Below, in pieces: positions 40,291-50,600 of a stretch of 64,000 nucleotides of DNA. The DNA comes from Callorhinchus milii. Taxonomy: Eukaryota. Position 1 is the first letter of the stretch, and each line of letters begins with the position of its first letter. Position numbers and translations under genes: made by a program. Where the stretch lies: positions 7,440,001 through 7,504,000 of the forward strand of contig NW_024704762.1 in the NCBI RefSeq assembly GCF_018977255.1. The letters run 5' to 3'. A model generated the notes under the pieces. It saw only the letters and a program-made list of their open reading frames with translations. It had not been told where the DNA came from and made no database searches.

Positions 40291-43200
40291 AGTCGGAGGG
40301 AGATCCCCTCTTCGACGTGAAGAACAATTTCTACATCGGCAGCTTCCAGCAGTGCATCAACGAGGCGCAGAAGATCAAGGTGGGTCCCGGGGAGACATGG
40401 AATGACAGGGGGGGGAGAGGAGCTGGGGCTGGGGTCCCGGGGGGGCTGGGCCCCAGGGGGCTGGGGCCCTGCAGGGAGGGGGCTGGGGCCCCAGGGGGGA
40501 GGGGGCTGGGGCCCCAGGGGGGAGGGGGCTGGGGCCCTGCAGGGAGGGGGCTGAGGCCCCTGCAGGGAGGGGGCTGGGGCCCTGGAGGGAGGGGGCTGGG
40601 CCCCTGCAGGGAGGGGGCTGAGGCCCCTGGAGGGAGGGGGCTGGGGCCCTGGAGGGAGGGGGCTGGGCCCCTGGGGGGGGGCTGAGGCCCCTGGAGGGAG
40701 GGGGCTGGGGCCCCAGGGGGGGGGGCTGGGCCCCTGGAGGGAGGGGGCTGGGGCCCCGGGGGGGGGGGGGGGGGGGGCTGGGCCCCTGGAGGGAGGGGGC
40801 TGGGGAGGGGACCCCGGGGAGATATAGAACGACAGGGGACTCCGGGGGTAGGAGGCTGGGCCCCGGGCTATATAAACGGAGGAGGGGGCTCCAACTGCGG
40901 CAGTGAAACATTTCCCTGCATTTCGTTGGTTTAATTCTTAATTGTTTGGGATGTGTTTTATCTTCCAGCTCTCCAGACCAGAGAAGGAAGTTGAGAGAGA
41001 TGTGTTCCTGTACAGAGCTTACATTGCACAGGTAATAATAATAATAATGATGATGATAATGATAATCCTTGTGTTTGACATAGCGCCTCATCACATCGTC
41101 GCCAGGTCTCAAGGGGCTTCACAGGTGAGACTGTGAACTTCCCGTGTCGTAGCCACTGTTTTGAGGTGGCAGCCAATCTGCACCAGCAGCATCTTGCACT
41201 CAGTGACACGAAAGACACCCTCCCAACAACAACACCTAACATTTATATAGCGTCCTTCATGCGGGATAGCTTCCCAGAGCACTTGAAATAAGCGCTCAGT
41301 ACTGTACAATCCACCCCCCCCCCCCCCAATATTACCCAGAAGCTTTATTGTACTCTAGCGCTGCTCAAAAGTGAATGTTGATCAGTGATGTATTTTTGTT
41401 TTCTCCCTCTCTCCCCACCCATCAGAGAAAATATGGCGTGGTATTGGATGATATCAAACCAAGCTCTTCCGCAGAATTACAGGCTGTCAGAATGTTTGCC
41501 GAATATTTAGCCAGTGAGGAACGAAGGTGGGTGTCTTTAATCTTACTGTCGAGGTGCAGCATATAGACTGTGAGCGAGTTGCAGTGTTTTGCTGAACAGT
41601 TTTAGTTAGTTTCGTATTTCATTTACAGCTTTTGGTGTGAATATTTGTTTTGTTTTTTAGTGACTAATTAGATGAATGTCTTCTGAGAGCAAACCTGTTC
41701 AACAGTATTTTCCGATGAACTGTCATTTTCCCGATGTAGATTCCTTCGGTGGTGTTCCTGTGTAATGTACTGACCGGATCGCTGCTCTAAGAGATCTGTT
41801 CAGAATCTGATGTGGACTCATCAGAAATATATATTACCTTTACACTTAAAATAAATGTCTTGTAGTACTTTGGAATGTAATCTACGAGGAGAGCTCAAGG
41901 GGTTGCTTTATCGTGCAGAGATGGCATCACGGCCGAACTGGACAAGAAAATGGCAAAGAGTGTTGATGTCAGCAACACCACCTTCCTCTTGATGGCTGCC
42001 TCCATATATTTACACGCGGAAAACACTGATGCTGCGTTCCGTACACTGCACCAAGGGGACAGCCTGGAATGGTGAGTCTCTTTCACTAACGCCCGCACCG
42101 TATTAGATTATGGCAGAGCTCAGATGTGTCTGCTTTCAGCCAGGACCCACAAAACCTGGAACCTTATGCTCCCACATTTGCTGCTCAGTAAAGACTGAGC
42201 TGCCCCTGAGCAGTTTGTTGTCTGCGTGGAAGAACAAGGCTGATGATCCCTTTTCGCTCTCTCCACAGCATGGCAATGTCCATCCAGATCTTCCTGAAGC
42301 TTGACAGGCTGGACCTGGCTCGGTAAGCTGCTGAGTCGCCACATGGAAATGATTTTGTTCCAGTAAACCTATATGCACATCGTCCAGAACAATCGAGTCA
42401 TAAAATAAAAACCACTTTATAATAATCCGTGCATTTGATACAGGTAGCTCAGACCTCCTGTCCCATTGCAGTATCACTGACTTGATGCATTTTCTCAGGA
42501 AAGAGCTGAAGAAGATGCAGGAGCAGGATGAGGACGCGACTCTGACACAGCTAGGCACGGCCTGGGTCAACCTGGGAATGGTGAGTGACAGCAGTTGGTG
42601 CTAGCTGGCTGGCATAGCAAACACGCGTTATTCATCCTGAGGAAAGATCACAGCTATAACATTAGTTCTCTGCTTCCAAGTATCGTGCCTCTTTGATCGT
42701 GGCCCATCGTGCCTGTGGTGGCTCTTTGATAGACCTACCCAACTAGTCCCGTTCCCTGCTTTCCCTCAGTTTATATTTCTATTTTTCAGCTTTCGTGTAT
42801 TTTGCTCTCTCTCTCTCCCCCCCCCCCCCCCACCCAATGGTGAGAGTTTGATTGGAAGCTCACGGCATTCATCAGCCCTGGTAACTTGCAGGCACCTCGG
42901 CTCTACAACTGCGAGCACGGCTGTGATTATAGAAACCCATGCGGAGAGGCTTCAGTTCCTAAAGGTGTTTTAATAATATAGTGGAGATCCATGGGGTGTG
43001 TGTATGGATACTGTTGTGTTTACTGTGTGACTCTTCAGCGCTGGGTGCAGGTAAGCTGCTTAGTGATGTACGTTCCCCACCCCCCCCCCCCCTCACCACC
43101 ACCACACTAACCACTGTTTAACCTGCTCGCAGGGTGGAGACCGGCTCCAAGACGCTTACTACATCTTCCAAGAAATGGCCGACAAGTACACAGCCACCCT

Positions 43201-45152
43201 GCTGCTCCTGAACGGCCAGGCAGCCTGTCACATGGCACAGGGCAAGTGGGACGACGCGGAGGGAGTACTTCAGGAGGCGCTGGACAAGGTAGGGAGGGGG
43301 CCGGAGACAGGATCGACTCTGTAAAGCAGTGATTGCACTTTTCAGGAGAAATAACTCGAGAAATACTGGGCTAAGTCAGACCTAGGCTCAGAGAGCGCAG
43401 CCTGAGATATCCTGGCAGCTCTTATCAGAGAGTTATCAACTATTGACTGCCTGGTATACCTTCACAAACAGACATTAAGTCTGGGTTTGGATGGTCAGAA
43501 GTGTTGGTGCTCCTGAGAGAGACAACTGATGTTCTTCCTTATTTACAATTTCATGGATGTTACTCAGCTTCCCAAACCCTGTGTGCAAAACCAGATGTGC
43601 TGCCACTTTGTGGCCGAACGAAGAATTGAAGCGCATCAAATCAGTGCATTGAACCTTGGAAAATTTGCAGAACAGGAGGAGTGCTTTTGGCTTCTGATTG
43701 TATTGATTTGAGTTTGAGAGGTTTGTGTGCTGCACGGCTGTGACCCCTGTTTGTGGATGAGTATGTGCTTGTCAGCCTTTGGCTGTTGGTCAGTTTTAAT
43801 CTGGGTGTCCAGTCATTGGGCTTTGCTCCCCTCACAGCTCCCTCCCTACTTACTCGAGTCACAAAGGAAGAATGCCACTTGGGGTGTATTAACAGAGTGT
43901 AGGACAGCTCCATAACCCAGCACAAGTCAGTGCCTTTGGAGGAGTGAATTACCTCAAAGAGATAAATAATAATAATAATCCTGGCATTTGATATAGCCCC
44001 TTATCACGTCTTCTAGACGTCTCAAAGTGCTTCACAGAATATACTGCAAAGTGAATTGACTGATATTTGCGAGATAAGAAGAAACTGAAGACTTTTAGCT
44101 TCAAACATTCCACAATCTGCAAAATCTGCCACATCTTTGACCTCCCACACAAGTGGATGTGACGTTTTATGCACACGTCTCCTGGACTGTGTCCTTGAAT
44201 AATTATGAGTTATTGTGATTGTTGTTTCCTCTCCCCTCAGGACAGCAGCCACCCCGAGACTCTGATCAACCTCATTGTTCTCTCGCAGCACCTGGGAAAG
44301 GCTCCCGAGGTAATGTTCTGGAACCTTCCGTCCGACTGTGGGTGTGTGGGTGCAGAGTGAGCCAAGTGCTTGACCTGTGTTGTGCTGAATGTTTCTGGTT
44401 GGAATTGAGCTTGGCCTCATAATTGGAATACTTTGTTTATCACTGGCAGTTCATATTCCGTTTGTGACGACTTCCACCGGAGATAACATCTGACCCGAAT
44501 GTTGTTGTTTTCAACGAGACATTCATTTGAAAGGAATTTGTTGTGGTATTTGTGGCCGGAATGTTAGACTGGCAAAATCACCGGATTTCTGCTCTGCCTC
44601 GCTCCACATGAATTGGTTGAAGAGAAATGCTCACCCCCTTTTTAAAAGCAAAGCAAATGGGGCTGGTCTTGTGTTGAAGCAACTTTGCTGCACCTTTTAT
44701 AATGACATTTTAAAGTGAGCCACTTAATGAGGGAATCCAGATACATTCATATTCGTAATGGGATGGAGCAATGATGCCAGGCTAACTCTCTGTTTTTTTT
44801 TGTGTGTGTACAGGTTAGCAATCGCTACCTATCTCAGCTGAAGGATGGACACCGGACCCACCCATTTGTAAAAGAATACATGGCCAAGGTATGTCGTGCT
44901 TCTCTGTCAGTACATCCGTCTCCAGTAATACCAACAAGTACCCTCCGCACCCCCAACTCTGGTCTCTCTTATCTGCCGGTTTGAAACATCGAGATTTTCA
45001 TGTGTAATTTGGCTTGTGCTGAAGTTGAGAACTAAATCATAAAAGCTTTTTAACTGTATTTTAAATCTGCTGTTGTAATGGGTGATTCTAATCCCTCCGC
45101 GCAGGAACACGAATTTGATCGCTTGGTGCTACAGTATGCTCCCAGTGCGTGA
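40278..45152 (+). CDS. COPE: Coatomer subunit epsilon, 300 aa; exons 40278-40379, 40969-41031, 41426-41526, 41919-42071, 42269-42322, 42499-42580, 43133-43288, 44241-44309, 44814-44888, 45105-45152
   Basis: Translation [69 protein letters not shown]...[18 protein letters not shown]...[15 protein letters not shown] matches epsilon-COP. All introns are GT-AG; 903 nt, in frame. Confidence 0.97.
40420..40815. repeat. GC-rich minisatellite of about 22 bp (GGGGGCTGGGGCCCTGGAGGGA)n in COPE intron 1
   Basis: Directly visible tandem array. Confidence 0.95.
41034..41124 (-). mobile_element. 5'-truncated SINE tail inserted at the COPE exon 2 splice donor
   Basis: (TAA/TGA)n-atccttgtgtttgacatagcgcc...cttcacag, flanked by the direct repeat CACAGGT (41027-41033 and 41120-41126). 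Confidence 0.8.
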
Positions 45153-45351
45153 GAGGGTTCGGAGCGAAGACTGAACACTTCAGCCCTGTCTCTTCAACCT
45201 ATGAGCAGTGGGTCTATCAGCAATTGTCACCTTGCAAAATTGTCGCCCGCCTGAGATTCCCATGTTAATTATTATAAACTTTATACCAATTCTCTCCAGA
45301 GACCAATTTGGATGGTTATACGTGATAAATCTTTACCAATGATGCATTCCT

Positions 45352-45357
45352 AATAAA
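45352..45357 (+). terminator. COPE polyadenylation signal AATAAA
   Basis: 200 nt after the stop codon, followed by a GU-rich tract (gtgtgttctgtg). Confidence 0.7.
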
Positions 45358-47665
45358 ATTATTGTCAGTGTGTTCTGTGACTTTGTGATTAAATCGATGC
45401 TCTTCCTTTGTGCTGGAGGTAATGTTAGTAACATGATGTGAGCCTTGCTCTGATAGCTTTTAATATCGGGCAAAGAGGATTGATGTAATTCCTGGGGGGT
45501 GGGGGGTTGAGAGAGTATTCACCATCAATTTCCCAGGGGCACTAAAGGCAATTTCAGAGCTGCCTACCACTCCCTTAACTGAAATTTGTTGACAGTGCTG
45601 CAAGGGGAGGGCAAAGGGAGAGAAGATATTTTAACTAATTATCTGGGCATTTCTTTATGGAACAAGGTTAAGTAATGACTTGATGCGTTCTTTGGAAGCT
45701 CCTTGAAATTCCTACTACCAGTAGCTGGTTTGTCAATAGAGCCAGAGATTGGTGGAAGGGAAATTTTGAAGTATTTTTCTTTGAGGGGCGTGGGGCTGGG
45801 GAAGAATGATTATTTTACGTGAGTTCTGATCTCAGGCATGATTCCGCCTGGGGAGGGAGGGTGTGGAGATTAACAGCTTCTCACCAAAGCTCCCCGAACT
45901 ATAAAAGATTGCCTTTCATGTCCTGACCTGTCACTGGTGTTTTGTCTTTCCCCTAATCAATTGATGTCAACTCACAGCTTTGATTTCAAATGAGCATTGA
46001 CATGACAGATTGTCAATTACTGTCAAAAATGCTAACATCACTGTTGAGAAGACATTATCTGAGGTTCCCATTCCCCTCTGCAGGTAAATGTTAAAAAGAT
46101 GCTTTGGTACTATTTGGAAGAAGAGTGGGGAGTTTCTTCCGGTGTCCTCCCTTGTCCAAAAATTATTATTAAAAAAANCGGTCGTTCACATGAATGGGAC
46201 AAGACAAGTGAAGTAACCCACGGAGATTCATTCCTCTTCTGGTGGGTGTAAAAGTGACGGATTCTTCTTGCTTCACAGCAGAAGGTTGTTCCCAGGATTT
46301 TCCAAATTGACAAGAAATTCACTCACCTTTCCGGTTGGTGTCAGAAACTTCCATCCAACAGGTTGCACCTGCCTTTGGAATCGCAGGCAAATCTCAGCCA
46401 GGTGATATTTCAGCCACTTATATTGATGCATTAACCCCATGAGCACCGGATCAGTTTCATACACAAGAAGTCTAAGACTAGAGTTGGTAACGGGAATAAA
46501 ATGGATAGAGGTGAATATTCTCCAATTTATAATTAAGCATCATTCTCACAGCCAGGAGAACAGGAGCCTTCTCTGATTCATTAAATTGTTGAAATTCCAA
46601 AGGGATCCAGTGCAGGAAGGGTTACATTTATAAATAGGAGAAAAAAAACTCCACTGGGAAAGAAGAAAGCTGGGAGTTTTACTGTGAGAGAAGGTGAGTG
46701 AGGAACATTGTTGTTTTATTCTGACGATTTGAATATTGTGGGATGTTTGAAGCTCGAGCTTGGAAACAGCAAAACGTATGTATTGCACCCAGTGTCAGTG
46801 TCCAGCACCAACTTTATAATGTGGTTTAAATACAGAGTAAAACTTTCTTACAAGATGCTTTAAATTGTAGAATATATCTCTCCACTCCAGTTTAATACAA
46901 AGTAATATAAACTTCAGAAAAGCGCCCTCTTGTGCATCCTTGTGATAGTTTCCACTCCTGCCTCTTTTATAATAATAATTCTTGCATTTGATATAGCGCC
47001 TTATCAAATCGTTGAGACCTCTTAATGCTACATCAAGTTTGTGCTGAATTCTGAACATCATTAGTGAGGATTTGGCTCATTTTATCATTTTATCGGCTCA
47101 TGTTTTGTGGACTTGAACCTCGATCAGAACGGTTCTTGGTGTCTCTGGCCTGGAAAAAGATCAGAGGTGAATGGGCAGTTTTCACCTGTCCTCACGGAAC
47201 TATTCTGCTCTGTTTGCAAACAGCTGCTCTCGTGTGCAGAGGTTGTGAGGGAGATTCCCAAGAACAGTGGCATGGATTAGTAAATATGGCTCAATGTGTT
47301 AGTTACTAATCTGTAGATCTTCATACACCTGAAGCTATGGAACTTTCTTCCTCTACCCCTCCACCTTTGGCTTTCATCAGATCGCACCTGAAGCCCTTAA
47401 AAAAAAACAATAATAATAATTTGTCTCAATCCAGGACTGTCTGTGGGACACTGCTGCGCCCAATTGACTGCCGTGTTTCGCCCACAAAATACACAGTTTT
47501 GTCCTCTTTACAGCATATTCTGTGATGCGCTTTGAGGCGTCTCAATACTTGATAAGGCGCTATATCAATTGCAAGGATCATTATTATTAGTAACCGAAGG
47601 AGCAAGCCTCTGATCAGCTATCTGTTGTGTTGCTGGACTCTGTGCATTTTGTCCTTTGTTCTCAG

Positions 47666-50600
47666 ATGGATCCGAGCTACAGAATGAATCTGCGTTCTTC
47701 CAAAGCCCTGTCTTTGGACCCTCAGACCCTTGACTACAGCCAGACGTGCAGCAAATCCCCACGTCAACGAGGGCGAGGAAAGGTATCGAAGATGCTGTGC
47801 TGCACAAGAGAAAAACGTACAACAGCGAAACCCTCCAAGGAAGGGAATAAAAGGATTGGGCATCATTTGGACAGTAAACATCCAACAAAAAGGGTGAGAA
47901 TTAGTTTCTGTGTCACTGGGCTAGAGAGATAAAAGATCAAGCAGGATTCTTGCACCTGATCACCACACTGTTTCATTTGGCAACTCTCGTGCGATATTTA
48001 ATTGAGCTCAAGATTTTTAAAGGGAACAAAAATTTCTTTGCTTGTTTTCTGAGACAGTCTTGGTTGGTTATAGAATCGTAGCATCTTACAGCACAGAAGG
48101 AGGCCATTCAGCCTATCATGCCTGTGTCGGCTCTTTGAAAGGAGCTATCCAATTATTCCCTCTCCCCCGCTCTTACCCTATAACCCTGCATATTTTTCCT
48201 TTTCAAGTACATTTTGCCCACACGTTTCGCCCATAAAATGTAGTCAATCCACTTTGCAGTGTATTCTGTGAAGCGCTTTGAGATGTTGCGAAGACGTGAT
48301 AAGGCGCTATATCAAATGCGAGGATTATTATTATCATTATTATTATTGCATATCCAATTCCCTTTAAAGGGCTCACATTGACATTTTTAATTTTTTAAAT
48401 TTTAAAATGTAAGGTCTGTGATTTGCCTTTTCTTGCTGTTGTCACAGGCTAAAGGAGACACAGGAGCTCCAGACAAACAACCTGATGGATACGATTCACA
48501 CACAACTACCCCCAGAGCCACGAGGCTGGCAGCAAAGCGCTGGTGGGACCCACCACTGAACAGCACCGGTAGAGACTTCATTGTCTGCTCCGTGATCCAT
48601 GTAATGTCAGAAGCGCTGAGCGACGTCTCGAAGACGTGATCAGGCGCTATATCAAATGCAAGGATTAATATTAATATTATTAATGTTCGTTAGCACGGTA
48701 ACAGCAGCATTCAGGAGGCATTTCAAACAGACGGGCATTGGTCTTAAAAGATCTGCCAAGATGTAATGACACCTGGGTTTGGTTTTTGGTTCATTTCAGG
48801 GTGGCAAGTTGTTTTACTAAATTCCTTTCTCCGCACCCCTCCCCCCCACCACCCCTTCCCCACCCCTTAGATTTGCAGAGTCTGGAGTATGAAGAGGATA
48901 TGGAGTCTATGGAGATGCCTTTATCTGTCTATTTTTCAATGCCCTCATCTTGGCACTTGGAGGAAAAAAGCGAAGTGCTTAAGCAGTAAGTACCTGAGCT
49001 GGCTGACTCGACTGTCCAGACAACCTGAAGATGGGGAAGGAGGAGGCAAGATGGAGGGATTGAGGGCGAGTGTTTGCAATAAGTTACAGTTGGGGCATAT
49101 TATTAGGGTATTGTTGGGGAAGTTTCACTCTGCATCTTGTCTGTATGACGTGTTGCTTTGGGAGGAATGAATACATAATTAATATATTTTTGTTGGAAGT
49201 TCAATTTGTTTAAAACTTCCTTCAGACACAAATTCATCGAACGACTAATATCCTCATCAGAGCAGCATCCACCATCTCAGAAACCCAGCCTTCCCGTCCA
49301 GACTCGCAGTGTTCCCAGTCACACCCTGGTTCTGGGGCTGGTGAGTACAACTACAACAACTTGAATTTATCTAGTGCGCTTAATACGGGTAATGAAAGGG
49401 ATTATTACCCCCTGGAAAGCGATCCGCTAATCGACTTAACAATCAGGTTCCTACTTACTGTTAGGTAAACAGAGTAAGGAAGTAAGTGTGGAGTATGGAA
49501 CGTGCCTCAGATTGCACCCTCCCCAAGAATCGAATCTGGGTCCTCTTGCTTGCTAACCATTAACCTGCGGGACTCCAGAATATTTACAATCCAGGAGGCC
49601 ATTTGCGTTAGCATTTCTCCTTGTTCACCCCACTGGACCTCTCCACTCTAATCCCATTTCACTAACTGCCTGTTAATCCAGTCTCTGTCTCTCTGATCCC
49701 CAGGATGAGACTCTTGTTCATTGCGAGCTGGTTCCAATGGAGAAAGTAGAATTCCAGTTCCCAGTCCATTTTCAGGATAACAATTACCAGGTTTGCCTTT
49801 GTCAATTTAATAAAAATGGGGGGAACTTTATGATCGATTTGGTTACTTGTTGTGTGGCCACAACAGTAATGCCCTGTTAGTCTGGCACTTACAGCAGAGG
49901 GGGCGAGGGGGATATATCTGCTAAAGAATCTGTGAATGAACTGTTTGAGACAGCATCAGCCTCAGTGCATCTCTCTCTCTCTCTCTCTGTCATGTCTTTG
50001 TTCTTTAAACACAGCCCCAGTGTGCAAGGCCCTTTTCAGTTCCCTCCCTCTCCCTCTGGGATGTCTGTGGGTTTATCCAGTGAGCAGCTGTTCATGTAGA
50101 TAGAGGGGCAGCAAGTTCAGCCGTGATCTAATAGAATGGCGGAATAGACTTGAGTGGCTGAATGGCCTATAATAATAATAATCCTTACATTTGATATAGC
50201 GCTTTTCACGTCGGGAGGACGTCCCAAAGCGCTTCACAGAACACACTGTAAAGTGAATTGACTGTATATTTGTGGGCGAACGCGGCAGCCAATTGCGCAC
50301 AGCAATGTCCCACAAACAGTCGCGGATTGAAAACGACCAATTTATTATTGGTTTTGGTTTTGGAGGGATTATTATTAGGCCTACCCCTCAGATGGAAAAA
50401 TTAGTCATCGTTCCTGTTCCTGGTAACCAAATCTTCTCAACATTGGCTGTAAATTCGAGATCATTCAAAAATCTGAGAAGTGTTTAAATTCAGTAGTCAT
50501 TTTGAAAGTCGGTTTTCCACAGTTCTGCAAAAGAAACCGGCTTCCAAATTAGGACCGGGTTTAAGAATTTCTCCCAGTTCTGCTCGCTCGCAAATTTTTA

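Noticed and set aside
40375-41112. 245-aa Pro-rich minus-strand ORF and collagen-like plus-strand extension
   Set aside because: These are translations of the COPE intron-1 minisatellite and a SINE tail.
46178-46178. Ambiguous base N (also at 22881)
   Set aside because: Assembly uncertainty next to homopolymers; outside the exons called.
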